Shown: positions 9,428 through 22,831 of the stretch, piece after piece
Position numbering within the stretch: the stretch's first letter is position 1
Layout: every line of letters begins with the position of its first letter
Assembly: GCF_039654945.1 (NCBI RefSeq)
Contig: NW_027361964.1
Location: forward strand, 3,782,001-3,844,837
From: Dendrobates tinctorius
Taxonomy: Eukaryota
Direction: 5' to 3'
DNA length: 62,837 bases
Made by a program: the position numbers and the translations under genes
Notes under the pieces: generated by a model
Told to the model about the DNA's origin: nothing
The model's database searches: none
What the model saw: the letters and a program-made list of their open reading frames with translations, nothing else

Positions 9428-12400
9428 CTGACCCCAGTGCCAGGGAGATGGTCCTGACCCCAGTGCCAGAGAGATGGTCCTGACCCCAGTGCCAGAAAGA
9501 TGGTCCTGACCCCAGTGCCAGAGAGATGGTCCTGACCCCAGTGCCAGAGAGATGGTCCTGACCCCAGTGCCAGAGAGATGGTCCTGACCCCAGTGCCAGA
9601 GAGATGGTCCTGACCCCAGTGCCAGAGAGATGGTCCTGAGCCCAGTGCCAGAGAGATGGTCCTGACCCCAGTGCCAGTGAGATGGTCCTGACCCCAGTGC
9701 CAGGGAGATAATACTGACCCCAGTGCCAGGGAGATAATACTGACCCCAGTGCCAGGGAGATAATACTGACCCCAGTGCCAGGAGGATAATACTGACCCCA
9801 GTGCCAGTGAGATGGTCCTGACCCCAGTGCCAGGGAGATAATACTGACCCCAGTGCCAGGGAGATAATACTGACCCCAGTGCCAGGGAGATAATACTGAC
9901 CCCAGTGCCAGGGAGATGGTCCTGACCCCAGTGCCAGTGAAATAATACTGACCCCAGTGCCAGGAGAATAATACTGACTCCAGAGCCAGGGAGATAATAC
10001 TGACCCCAGTGCCAGGGAGATAATACTGACCCCAGTGCCAGGGAGATAATACTGACCCCAGTGCCAGGGAGATAATACTGACCCCAGTGCCAGGGAGATG
10101 GTCCTGACCCCAGTGCCAGGGAGATGGTCCTGACCCCAGTGCCAGAGAGATGGTCCTGACCCCAGTGCCAGAGAGATGGTCCTGACCCCAGTGCCAGAGA
10201 GATGGTCCTGACCCCAGTGCCAGAGAGATGGTCCTGACCCCAGTGCCAGTGAGATGGTCCTGACCCCAGTGCCAGGGAGATAATACTGACCCCAGTGCCA
10301 GGGAGATAATACTGACCCCAGAGCCAGGGAGATGGTCCTGACTCCAGTGCCAGGGAGATAATACTGACCCCTGAGCCAGGGAGATAATACTGACCCCAGT
10401 GCCAGGGAGATGGTCCTGACCCCAGTGCCAGGGAGATAATACTGACCCCAGTGCCAGTGAGATGGTCCTGACCCCAGTGCCAGTGAGATGGTCCTGACCC
10501 CAGTGCCAGTGAGATGGTCCTGACCCCAGTGCCAGGGAGATAATACTGACCCCAGTGCCAGGGAGATAATACTGACCCCAGTGCCAGGGAGATAATACTG
10601 ACCCCAGTGCCAGGGAGATGGTCCTGATCCCAGTGCCAGGGAGATAATACTGACCCCAGTGCCAGGGAGATGGTCCTGACCCCAGTGCCAGGAGGATAAT
10701 ACTGACCCCAGAGCCAGGGAGATAATACTGACCCCAGAGCCAGGGAGATGGTCCTGACCCCAGTGCCAGGGAGATGGTCCTGACCCCAGTGCCAGGGAGA
10801 TGGTCCTGACCCCAGTGCCAGGGAGATGGTCCTGACCCCAGTGCCAGGGAGATAATACTGACCCCAGTGCCAGGGAGATAATACTGACCCTAGAGCCAGG
10901 GAGATAATACTGACCCCAGAGCCAGGGAGATGATCCTGACCCCAGTGCCAGGGAGATGGTCCTGACCCCAGTGCCAGGGAGATGGTCCTGACCCCAGTGC
11001 CAGGGAGATGGTCCTGACCCCAGTGCCAGGGAGATAATACTGACCCCAGTGCCAGGGAGATAATACTGACCCCAGTGCCAGGGAGATAATACTGACCCCA
11101 GAGCCAGGGAGATAATACTGACCCCAGAGCCAGGGAGATGGTCCTGACTCCAGTGCCAGGGAGATAATACTGACCCCAGTGCCAGGGAGATAATACTGAC
11201 CCCAGTGCCAGGGAGATGGTCCTGACCCCAGTGCCAGGGAGATAATACTGACCTCAGTGCCAGGGAGATGGTCCTGACCCCAGTGCCAGGAGGATAATAC
11301 TGACCCCAGTGCCAGGGAGATGGTCCTGACCCCAGTGCCAGGAGGATAATTCTGACCCAGTGCCAGTGAGATGGTCCTGACCCCAGTGCCAGGGAGATAA
11401 TACTGACCCCAGTGCCAGGGAGATGCTCCTGACCCCAGTGCCAGGGAGATAATACTGACCCCAGTGCCAGGGAGATGGTCCTGACCCCAGTGCCAGGAGG
11501 ATAATTCTGACCCAATACCAGTGAGATGGTCCTGACCCCAGTGCCAGGGAGATAATACTGACCCCAGTGCCAGGGAGATAATACTGACCCCAGTGCCAGG
11601 GAGATAATACTGACTCCAGAGCCAGGGAGATAATACTGACCCCAGTGCCAGGGAGATAATACTGACCCCAGAGCCAGGGAGATGGTCCTGACCCCAGTGC
11701 CAGGAGGATAATACTGACCCCAGTGCCAGGAGGATAATACTGACCCCAGAGCCAGGGAGATAATACTGACCCCAGTGCCAGGAGGATAATACTGACCCCA
11801 GTGCCAGGGAGATAATACTGACCCCAGTGCCAGGGAGATAATACTGACCCCAGTGCCAGGGAGATAATACTGACCCCAGTGCCAGGGAGATAATACTGAC
11901 CCCAGTGCCAGGGAGATGGTCCTGACCCCAGTGCCAGGGAGATGGTCCTGACCCCAGTGCCAGGGAGATGGTCCTGACCCCAGTGCCAGGGAGATGATAC
12001 TGACCCCAGAGCCAGGGAGATAATACTGACCCCAGAGCCAGGGAGATGGTCCTGACCTCAGAGCCAGGGAGATGGTCCTGACCTCAGTGCCAGGGAGATG
12101 GTCCTGACCCCAGTGCCAGGGAGATAATACTGACCCCAGTGCCAGGGAGATAATACTGACCCCAGTGCCAGGGAGATAATACTGACCCCAGTGCCAGGGA
12201 GATGGTCCTGACCCCAGTGCCAGGAGGATAATACTGACCCCAGTGCCAGGAGGATAATACTGACCCCAGAGCCAGGGAGATAATACTGACCCTAGTGCCA
12301 GGAGGATAATACTGACCCCAGTGCCAGGAGGATAATACTGACCCCAGAGCCAGGGAGATAATACTGACCCCAGTGCCAGGAGGATAATTCTGACCCAGTG

Positions 12401-15400
12401 CCAGTGAGATAATACTGACCCCAGTGCCAGGGAGATAATACTGACCCCAGTGCCAGGGAGATGGTCCTGACCCCAGTGCCAGGGAGATAATACTGACCCC
12501 AGTGCCAGGGAGATAATACTGACCCCAGTGCCAGGGAGATGGTCCTGACCCCAGTGCCAGGAGGATAATACTGACCCCAGTGCCAGGAGGATAATACTGA
12601 CCCCAGTGCCAGGAGGATAATTCTGACCCAGTGCCAGTGAGATAATACTGACCCCAGTGCCAGGGAGATAATACTGACCCCAGTGCCAGTGAGATAATAC
12701 TGACCCCAGTGCCAGGGAGATGGTCCTGACCCCAGTGCCAGGGAGATAATACTGACCCCAGTGCCAGGGAGATAATACTGACCCCAGTGCCAGGGAGATG
12801 GTCCTGACCCCAGTGCCAGGAGGATAATACTGACCCCAGTGCCAGGAGGATAATACTGACCCCAGTGCCAGGAGGATAATACTGACCCCAGTGCCAGGGA
12901 GATAATACTGACCCCAGTGCCAGGGAGATGGTTCTGACCCCAGTGCCAGGGAGATAATACTGACCCCAGTGCCAGGGAGATAATACTGACCCCAGTGCCA
13001 GGGAGATGGTCCTGACCCCAGTGCCAGTGAAATAATACTGACCCCAGTGCCAGGAGAATAATACTGACTCCAGAGCCAGGGAGATAATACTGACCCCAGT
13101 GCCAGGGAGATAATACTGACCCCAGTGCCAGGGAGATAATACTGACCCCAGTGCCAGGGAGATAATACTGACCCCAGTGCCAGGGAGATGGTCCTGACCC
13201 CAGTGCCAGGGAGATGGTCCTGACCCCAGTGCCAGAGAGATGGTCCTGACCCCAGTGCCAGAGAGATGGTCCTGACCCCAGTGCCAGAGAGATGGTCCTG
13301 ACCCCAGTGCCAGAGAGATGGTCCTGACCCCAGTGCCAGTGAGATGGTCCTGACCCCAGTGCCAGGGAGATAATACTGACCCCAGTGCCAGGGAGATAAT
13401 ACTGACCCCAGAGCCAGGGAGATGGTCCTGACTCCAGTGCCAGGGAGATAATACTGACCCCTGAGCCAGGGAGATAATACTGACCCCAGTGCCAGGGAGA
13501 TGGTCCTGACCCCAGTGCCAGGGAGATAATACTGACCCCAGTGCCAGTGAGATGGTCCTGACCCCAGTGCCAGTGAGATGGTCCTGACCCCAGTGCCAGT
13601 GAGATGGTCCTGACCCCAGTGCCAGGGAGATAATACTGACCCCAGTGCCAGGGAGATAATACTGACCCCAGTGCCAGGGAGATAATACTGACCCCAGTGC
13701 CAGGGAGATGGTCCTGATCCCAGTGCCAGGGAGATAATACTGACCCCAGTGCCAGGGAGATGGTCCTGACCCCAGTGCCAGGAGGATAATACTGACCCCA
13801 GAGCCAGGGAGATAATACTGACCCCAGAGCCAGGGAGATGGTCCTGACCCCAGTGCCAGGGAGATGGTCCTGACCCCAGTGCCAGGGAGATGGTCCTGAC
13901 CCCAGTGCCAGGGAGATGGTCCTGACCCCAGTGCCAGGGAGATAATACTGACCCCAGTGCCAGGGAGATAATACTGACCCTAGAGCCAGGGAGATAATAC
14001 TGACCCCAGAGCCAGGGAGATGATCCTGACCCCAGTGCCAGGGAGATGGTCCTGACCCCAGTGCCAGGGAGATGGTCCTGACCCCAGTGCCAGGGAGATG
14101 GTCCTGACCCCAGTGCCAGGGAGATAATACTGACCCCAGTGCCAGGGAGATAATACTGACCCCAGTGCCAGGGAGATAATACTGACCCCAGAGCCAGGGA
14201 GATAATACTGACCCCAGAGCCAGGGAGATGGTCCTGACTCCAGTGCCAGGGAGATAATACTGACCCCAGTGCCAGGGAGATAATACTGACCCCAGTGCCA
14301 GGGAGATGGTCCTGACCCCAGTGCCAGGGAGATAATACTGACCTCAGTGCCAGGGAGATGGTCCTGACCCCAGTGCCAGGAGGATAATACTGACCCCAGT
14401 GCCAGGGAGATGGTCCTGACCCCAGTGCCAGGAGGATAATTCTGACCCAGTGCCAGTGAGATGGTCCTGACCCCAGTGCCAGGGAGATAATACTGACCCC
14501 AGTGCCAGGGAGATGCTCCTGACCCCAGTGCCAGGGAGATAATACTGACCCCAGTGCCAGGGAGATGGTCCTGACCCCAGTGCCAGGAGGATAATTCTGA
14601 CCCAATACCAGTGAGATGGTCCTGACCCCAGTGCCAGGGAGATAATACTGACCCCAGTGCCAGGGAGATAATACTGACCCCAGTGCCAGGGAGATAATAC
14701 TGACTCCAGAGCCAGGGAGATAATACTGACCCCAGTGCCAGGGAGATAATACTGACCCCAGAGCCAGGGAGATGGTCCTGACCCCAGTGCCAGGAGGATA
14801 ATACTGACCCCAGTGCCAGGAGGATAATACTGACCCCAGAGCCAGGGAGATAATACTGACCCCAGTGCCAGGAGGATAATACTGACCCCAGTGCCAGGGA
14901 GATAATACTGACCCCAGTGCCAGGGAGATAATACTGACCCCAGTGCCAGGGAGATAATACTGACCCCAGTGCCAGGGAGATAATACTGACCCCAGTGCCA
15001 GGGAGATGGTCCTGACCCCAGTGCCAGGGAGATGGTCCTGACCCCAGTGCCAGGGAGATGGTCCTGACCCCAGTGCCAGGGAGATGATACTGACCCCAGA
15101 GCCAGGGAGATAATACTGACCCCAGAGCCAGGGAGATGGTCCTGACCTCAGAGCCAGGGAGATGGTCCTGACCTCAGTGCCAGGGAGATGGTCCTGACCC
15201 CAGTGCCAGGGAGATAATACTGACCCCAGTGCCAGGGAGATAATACTGACCCCAGTGCCAGGGAGATAATACTGACCCCAGTGCCAGGGAGATGGTCCTG
15301 ACCCCAGTGCCAGGAGGATAATACTGACCCCAGTGCCAGGAGGATAATACTGACCCCAGAGCCAGGGAGATAATACTGACCCTAGTGCCAGGAGGATAAT

Positions 15401-18400
15401 ACTGACCCCAGTGCCAGGAGGATAATACTGACCCCAGAGCCAGGGAGATAATACTGACCCCAGTGCCAGGAGGATAATTCTGACCCAGTGCCAGTGAGAT
15501 AATACTGACCCCAGTGCCAGGGAGATAATACTGACCCCAGTGCCAGGGAGATGGTCCTGACCCCAGTGCCAGGGAGATAATACTGACCCCAGTGCCAGGG
15601 AGATAATACTGACCCCAGTGCCAGGGAGATGGTCCTGACCCCAGTGCCAGGAGGATAATACTGACCCCAGTGCCAGGAGGATAATACTGACCCCAGTGCC
15701 AGGAGGATAATTCTGACCCAGTGCCAGTGAGATAATACTGACCCCAGTGCCAGGGAGATAATACTGACCCCAGTGCCAGTGAGATAATACTGACCCCAGT
15801 GCCAGGGAGATGGTCCTGACCCCAGTGCCAGGGAGATAATACTGACCCCAGTGCCAGGGAGATAATACTGACCCCAGTGCCAGGGAGATGGTCCTGACCC
15901 CAGTGCCAGGAGGATAATACTGACCCCAGTGCCAGGAGGATAATACTGACCCCAGTGCCAGGAGGATAATACTGACCCCAGTGCCAGGGAGATAATACTG
16001 ACCCCAGTGCCAGGGAGATGGTTCTGACCCCAGTGCCAGGGAGATAATACTGACCCCAGTGCCAGGGAGATGGTCCTGACCCCAGTGCCAGGGAAATAAT
16101 ACTGACCCCAGTGCCAGGGAGATGGTCCTGACCCCAGTGCAGGAGGATAATTCTGACCCAGTGCCAGTGAGATGGTCCTTACCCCAGTGCCAGGGAGATA
16201 ATACTGACCCCAGTGCCAGGGAGATAATACTGACCCCAGTGCCAGGGAGATGGTCCTGACCCCAGTGCCAGGAGGATAATACTGACCCCAGTGCCAGGAG
16301 GATAATACTGACCCCAGAGCCAGGGAGATAATACTGACCCCAGTGCCAGGAGGATAATACTGACCCCAGTGCCAGGGAGATAATACTGACCCCAGTGCCA
16401 GGGAGATGGTCCTGACCCCAGTGCCAGGGAGATAATACTGACCCCAGTGCCAGGGAGATGGTCCTGACCCCAGTGCCAGGGAAATAATACTGACCCCAGT
16501 GCCAGGGAGATAATACTGACCCCAGTGCCAGGGAGATGGTCCTGACCCCAGTGCCAGGAGGACAATACTGACCCCAGAGCCAGGGAGATAATACTGACCC
16601 CAGTGCCAGGGAGATAATACTGACCCCAGTGCCAGGGAGATAATACTGACCCCAGTGCCAGGAGGATAATACTGACCCCAGTGCCAGTGAGATGGTCCTG
16701 ACCCCAGTGCCAGGGAGATAATACTGACCCCAGTGCCAGGGAGATAATACTGACCCCAGTGCCAGGGAGATGGTCCTGACCCCAGTGCCAGGAGGATAAT
16801 TCTGACCCAATACCAGTGAGATGGTCCTGACCCCAGTGCCAGGGAGATAATACTGACCCCAGTGCCAGGGAGATAATACTGACCCCAGTGCCAGGGAGAT
16901 AATACTGACTCCAGAGCCAGGGAGATAATACTGACCCCAGTGCCAGGGAGATAATACTGACCCCAGAGCCAGGGAGATGGTCCTGACCCCAGTGCCAGGA
17001 GGATAATACTGACCCCAGTGCCAGGAGGATAATACTGACCCCAGAGCCAGGGAGATAATACTGACCCCAGTGCCAGGAGGATAATACTGACCCCAGTGCC
17101 AGGGAGATAATACTGACCCCAGTGCCAGGGAGATAATACTGACCCCAGTGCCAGGGAGATAATACTGACCCCAGTGCCAGGGAGATAATACTGACCCCAG
17201 TGCCAGGGAGATGGTCCTGACCCCAGTGCCAGGGAGATGGTCCTGACCCCAGTGCCAGGGAGATGGTCCTGACCCCAGTGCCAGGGAGATAATACTGACC
17301 CCAGAGCCAGGGAGATAATACTGACCCCAGAGCCAGGGAGATGGTCCTGACCTCAGAGCCAGGGAGATGGTCCTGACCTCAGTGCCAGGGAGATGGTCCT
17401 GACCCCAGTGCCAGGGAGATAATACTGACCCCAGTGCCAGGGAGATAATACTGACCCCAGTGCCAGGGAGATAATACTGACCCCAGTGCCAGGGAGATGG
17501 TCCTGACCCCAGTGCCAGGAGGATAATACTGACCCCAGTGCCAGGAGGATAATACTGACCCCAGAGCCAGGGAGATAATACTGACCCTAGTGCCAGGAGG
17601 ATAATACTGACCCCAGTGCCAGGAGGATAATACTGACCCCAGAGCCAGGGAGATAATACTGACCCCAGTGCCAGGAGGATAATTCTGACCCAGTGCCAGT
17701 GAGATAATACTGACCCCAGTGCCAGGGAGATAATACTGACCCCAGTGCCAGGGAGATGGTCCTGACCCCAGTGCCAGGGAGATAATACTGACCCCAGTGC
17801 CAGGGAGATAATACTGACCCCAGTGCCAGGGAGATGGTCCTGACCCCAGTGCCAGGAGGATAATACTGACCCCAGTGCCAGGAGGATAATACTGACCCCA
17901 GTGCCAGGAGGATAATTCTGACCCAGTGCCAGTGAGATAATACTGACCCCAGTGCCAGGGAGATAATACTGACCCCAGTGCCAGTGAGATAATACTGACC
18001 CCAGTGCCAGGGAGATGGTCCTGACCCCAGTGCCAGGGAGATAATACTGACCCCAGTGCCAGGGAGATAATACTGACCCCAGTGCCAGGGAGATGGTCCT
18101 GACCCCAGTGCCAGGAGGATAATACTGACCCCAGTGCCAGGAGGATAATACTGACCCCAGTGCCAGGAGGATAATACTGACCCCAGTGCCAGGGAGATAA
18201 TACTGACCCCAGTGCCAGGGAGATGGTTCTGACCCCAGTGCCAGGGAGATAATACTGACCCCAGTGCCAGGGAGATGGTCCTGACCCCAGTGCCAGGGAA
18301 ATAATACTGACCCCAGTGCCAGGGAGATGGTCCTGACCCCAGTGCAGGAGGATAATTCTGACCCAGTGCCAGTGAGATGGTCCTTACCCCAGTGCCAGGG

Positions 18401-20310
18401 AGATAATACTGACCCCAGTGCCAGGGAGATAATACTGACCCCAGTGCCAGGGAGATGGTCCTGACCCCAGTGCCAGGAGGATAATACTGACCCCAGTGCC
18501 AGGAGGATAATACTGACCCCAGAGCCAGGGAGATAATACTGACCCCAGTGCCAGGAGGATAATACTGACCCCAGTGCCAGGGAGATAATACTGACCCCAG
18601 TGCCAGGGAGATGGTCCTGACCCCAGTGCCAGGGAGATAATACTGACCCCAGTGCCAGGGAGATAATACTGACCCCAGTGCCAGGGAGATGGTCCTTACC
18701 CCAGTGCCAGGAGGATAATACTGACCCCAGTGCCAGGAGGATAATACTGACCCCAGAGCCAGGGAGATAATACTGACCCCAGTGCCAGGAGGATAATACT
18801 GACCCCAGTGCCAGGGAGATAATACTGACCCCAGTGCCAGGGAGATGGTCCTGACCCCAGTGCCAGGGAGATAATACTGACCCCAGTGCCAGGGAGATGG
18901 TCCTGACCCCAGTGCCAGGGAAATAATACTGACCCCAGTGCCAGGGAGATAATACTGACCCCAGTGCCAGGGAGATGGTCCTGACCCCAGTGCCAGGGAG
19001 ATAATACTGACCCCAGTGCCAGGGAGATAATACTGACCCCAGTGCCAGGGAGATGGTCCTTACCCCAGTGCCAGGAGGATAATACTGACCCCAGTGCCAG
19101 GAGGATAATACTGACCCCAGAGCCAGGGAGATAATACTGACCCCAGTGCCAGGAGGATAATACTGACCCCAGTGCCAGGGAGATAATACTGACCCCAGTG
19201 CCAGGGAGATGGTCCTGACCCCAGTGCCAGGGAGATAATACTGACCCCAGTGCCAGGGAGATGGTCCTGACCCCAGTGCCAGGGAAATAATACTGACCCC
19301 AGTGCCAGGGAGATAATACTGACCCCAGTGCCAGGGAGATGGTCCTGACCCCAGTGCCAGGAGGACAATACTGACCCCAGAGCCAGGGAGATAATACTGA
19401 CCCCAGTGCCAGGGAGATAATACTGACCCCAGTGCCAGGGAGATAATACTGACCCCAGTGCCAGGAGGATAATACTGACCCCAGTGCCAGTGAGATGGTC
19501 CTGACCCCAGTGCCAGGGAGATAATACTGACCCCAGTGCCAGGGAGATAATACTGACCCCTGTGCCAGAGAGATGGTCCTGACCCCAGTGTCAGGGAGAT
19601 AATATTGACCCCAGTGCCAGTGAGATGGTCCTGACCCCCAGTGCCAGAGAGGTGGTCCTGACCCCAGTGCCAGAGAGATGGTCCTGACCCTAGTGCCAGG
19701 GAGATGGTCCTGACCCTAGTGCCAAGGAGATGGTCCTAACCCCAGTGCCAGAGAGATGGTCCTGACCCCAGAGCCAGGGACATGGTCCTGACCCCAGTGC
19801 TAGGGAGATGGTCCTGACCCAGTACGAGTGAGATGGTCCTGACCCAGTACGAGTGAGATGGTCCTGACCCCAGTGCCAGAGAGATGGTCCTGACCCAGTA
19901 CGAGTGAGATGGTCCTGACCCGAGTGTCAGGGAGATAATACTGACCCCGTTACCAGTGAGATGGTCCTGACCACCGTGCCAGTGAGATAGTCCTGACCCC
20001 AATGCCAGGGAGATGGTCCTGAGAGCTGGTCCTGACCCCAGTGCCAGAGAGATAGTCCTGACCCGGACCCAGTACCAATGAGACAGTCCTGACCCCGGTG
20101 CCAGTGAGATGGTTCTGATCCCAATACCAGGGAGATGGTCCTTACCCCAGTGCCAGGGAGATGGTCCTAATCCAGGTTCCAGGGACATGGTCCTGACCTC
20201 AGTACCAGTGAATTGGTTCTGACCTTGGTGCCAGGGAGATGCTCCTGACCCCAGTGCTAGGAAGATGGCCCTGGCCCAGTAATAGTGAGATGGCCCTGAA
20301 CCCATTGTCA
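9428..20310. repeat. 26/27-bp minisatellite (CTGACCCCAGTGCCAGGGAG + ATAATA or ATGGTC), about 410 units, with kb-scale higher-order duplications
   Basis: Direct periodicity; rare variant markers recur at +3090 and +2205 bp; units degenerate after ~19560. Confidence 0.97.
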
Positions 20311-20493
20311 GTGAGTACTAGTGAATTGGTTCTGCTTTTCTGTTGATCTCTGCCGCCCCAGTACATAATTACGCTGTGGCAGCCGGGAATCCTGCCTCAG
20401 TGCGGCCTCGCCTGTCTGCCAGGAAAGCTTGGGATGCAGCTCCGTCTCCTCAGACTTACTAAGATGTCAACTTTGTTTCTTCCAGGAGCCTCA

Positions 20494-21009
20494 ATGAAGC
20501 TGGAGACCAGTTCCCGACTTGCTTGTTGCTCCCCAGAGAAAGAAGGCTACCTGCTGAAGAAAGGTGGCCGCCACGCATCCTACAACCGCCGCTGGTTCAT
20601 GCTGTGTGGAAACTTGCTTCTGTACTGGGAACGGCAAGGAGACCCCCAGCCACTGGGACTCATATTGCTGGAGGGGAGCACCGTCACCCTGAGAAGCTCC
20701 AAGCTGGAGTTTGCCTTCTGCCTCTGTTCTGTCTCTCGTGTTTACAAAATGGCAGCCGAAAGCCAACGAGAACTGGAGTTGTGGGTGCGGGCGTTACTCA
20801 GTGCCAATCTGGGCTACACCAAGGCCCTTGTGGGCGAGCTGCGGAGTCAGTACCAGAGCCTCACACAGGAACCCGCCAAACCCTCAGCAAGAAGCCAAAT
20901 AGATCAGGCCTGTGACGAGCTGCAATGGGGCGCTGAATTTGGAGTCCTGCACCAGTGGCTGGGTGAGGAGGTCACCCGTCTGCGGCCCAACAGCCTCATG
21001 CACTTCTGA
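20494..21009 (+). CDS. PHETA/sesquipedalian (FAM109/IPIP27)-family PH-domain endocytic adaptor, 171 aa, single coding exon
   Basis: MKL...EGYLLKKGGRHASYNRRWFMLCGNLLLYWE...PLGLILLEG...EFAF...YKMAAESQRELELWVRAL aligns with PHETA1 ([29 protein letters not shown]...AAESQDAMEGWVKAL); helix ELRSQYQSL; C-terminal F&H motif FGVLHQWLGEEVTRLR; strong acceptor TTTGTTTCTTCCAG ending 20485 just before the ATG. Confidence 0.9.
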   Translation: MKLETSSRLACCSPEKEGYLLKKGGRHASYNRRWFMLCGNLLLYWERQGDPQPLGLILLEGSTVTLRSSKLEFAFCLCSVSRVYKMAAESQRELELWVRALLSANLGYTKALVGELRSQYQSLTQEPAKPSARSQIDQACDELQWGAEFGVLHQWLGEEVTRLRPNSLMHF

Positions 21010-21199
21010 TATAACAAGTGAGCGGAGGTCGCTCACCTGTGGCCCAGCAATCAATGACCCGTGTGTCCCAGTGAAAAAGAGCTGATAACTATCGTCCAGA
21101 AAGACTCTGCCCTCTGGACTCCAGCCCTTCTCGAACATTGGCTTCAATATTGACACAAGTGAGAGTCATCTGCATTTTCATCTCATAAATGCATGAAAA

Positions 21200-21740
21200 T
21201 AAGCAACCGTCATCTGTCTCTTTTGAGACATCTGCTTTACTCTAAGTGCTGGGGTCATATCTGGGCTCATGTCATCCAGATATTTCCATTACTGAGAGAG
21301 ATGACAGTTGGTGCTCTGAAAATTCTATGAAGGGGAGGAGCAAGGGGCAGCTACAGAGAGGGAGTGGCTAGAGCCAGGCAGAGAGGGAGGAGCTAGAGAC
21401 AGGCAGAGACGAAAAGCTAGAAGCAGTGGGGAGAAGTTAGAGGCAGCCACAGAGGAGGAGCTAGAGGAAGATAGAGTGTATAGGACGCCACAAAGGGGGA
21501 GGAACTAGAGGCAGACCAAGGTGGTGGAGTTAGAGGAAGCCACAAAGGGGGAGGAGCTAGAGACAAAAATGTTTTGTAAGTTCTTCAGAAATGCGATCAC
21601 ATTTCTCCATAGAACTTCACGAGCACCAACTGTCATATCCAATCACAGTCATTGGACGGTCTGTATTTACTGAAGACACATTTTACCCGTGAGTTCAGAG
21701 TGAAGCAGATTTCCCCAATGAGACATGTGGTCGCCTTGGA
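21200..21740. mobile_element. Decayed palindromic MITE in the PHETA-like 3' UTR region
   Basis: Inverted arms ATGACAGTTGGTGCTC..TTCTATG (21301-21330) / CATAGAA..GAGCACCAACTGTCAT (21607-21636) and TGTCTC..ATCTGCTTTACTCT / AGAGTGAAGCAGAT..GAGACA; purine-rich repeats in the spacer. Confidence 0.55.
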
Positions 21741-21882
21741 ATCAGGTGTCAGGTCCAGGAGGCCATACTGTAATTATTGTAAAGAACTCTTTCCTATACT
21801 GATGTCTCCTACAGATGTAATAGACGTCCGCTGGCCTTGGTGAGGAGAAGCTGCCCAATGTTTGTATTGACAACACAGATGT

Positions 21883-21998
21883 AATAAATGAGGTCAGAGG
21901 CATCCCCCCCCACAATGAGGAATCCTGACCCATCCCTTCATTACGGGACCTCCCATTACATACAAGCCTCGGACCCGCATATGTTTGCTTTTATTAAA
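21883..21998 (+). terminator. Candidate polyadenylation signals of the PHETA-like gene (AATAAA 21883, ATTAAA 21993)
   Basis: Canonical hexamers downstream of stop; T/GT-rich sequence after 21998. Confidence 0.45.
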
Positions 21999-22831
21999 GT
22001 ATTTTTGTATTTAGGAAAAGAAAGAACTTATGAACAATTGTAGATTCACCATTAGAATGGGTAATGTGAGCAGGAGTAACAATAAGGCAGAGGGATCCAT
22101 CCCCTGAGGAACATCCGATATCTCCTGGCCCATCACAAGCTGCCGTGTGAATGTGACAATGACCTCGAGTCTTCGCCTCCTGATACCCTCAGAAATGTTC
22201 GCGTTCCAGGAGCCAGGAACGGAGGAGAGAGAACGAGGCATCTCCGCGTCACTACGCGGTTGTCAGCTCTACAACTGCCTCATGATATTCTTCTCGTCCA
22301 TGTAGATAACCTGAGCTCCGTCCTCTTCATTTTTCAATTGTGGCAGAGATTGGAGAGAAGACCTCCTCCCCCGGGCCAAGCAGCAAGACACCATCGGGAC
22401 GGACCGCTTGGTCCCCGTCGCTGCCCGCTGGTAGCGCAGTTGGCCTGAGACATCTTTTACGTGTTTTTCTGCATCTTGTTGATGAAAGATTCCTAGTTTT
22501 CATAGACATGTCTAATTGGTCATTGTATCGCGAGGCTTCGGCACACCCTGTGTCCCTCTGAGGGTTTGGCCTATGATCTGATTCTCAGTAGTGGGAGGAT
22601 GGGAGACATTCTTGTCCTTGGACCACAGGAGTCGATATATTGGATGATGTTGTATTCGGGACGTCCACACTTTGTCAGTGAAGTTTGCGTCTAATCTCTG
22701 GAGACGCGACGGAACCATTCAATGATATTTGTCCTCATTACATCACATTAGAAGCTTCCGACTGTCGGATTCTTGTAACTGGGGGAAATTGTGTTCCTCA
22801 CCTTCCAGGTAGAAATTAATAAAGGATTCAT

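Noticed and set aside
9344-16810. 2488-aa minus-strand ORF
   Set aside because: Translation of a stop-poor 26-bp minisatellite cycling through all frames; no domain or gene context
20434-20493. Upstream in-frame ATG extending the PHETA-like ORF to 191 aa
   Set aside because: Family homology begins at MKL (20494) and the extension covers a strong polypyrimidine-AG acceptor; more likely intron
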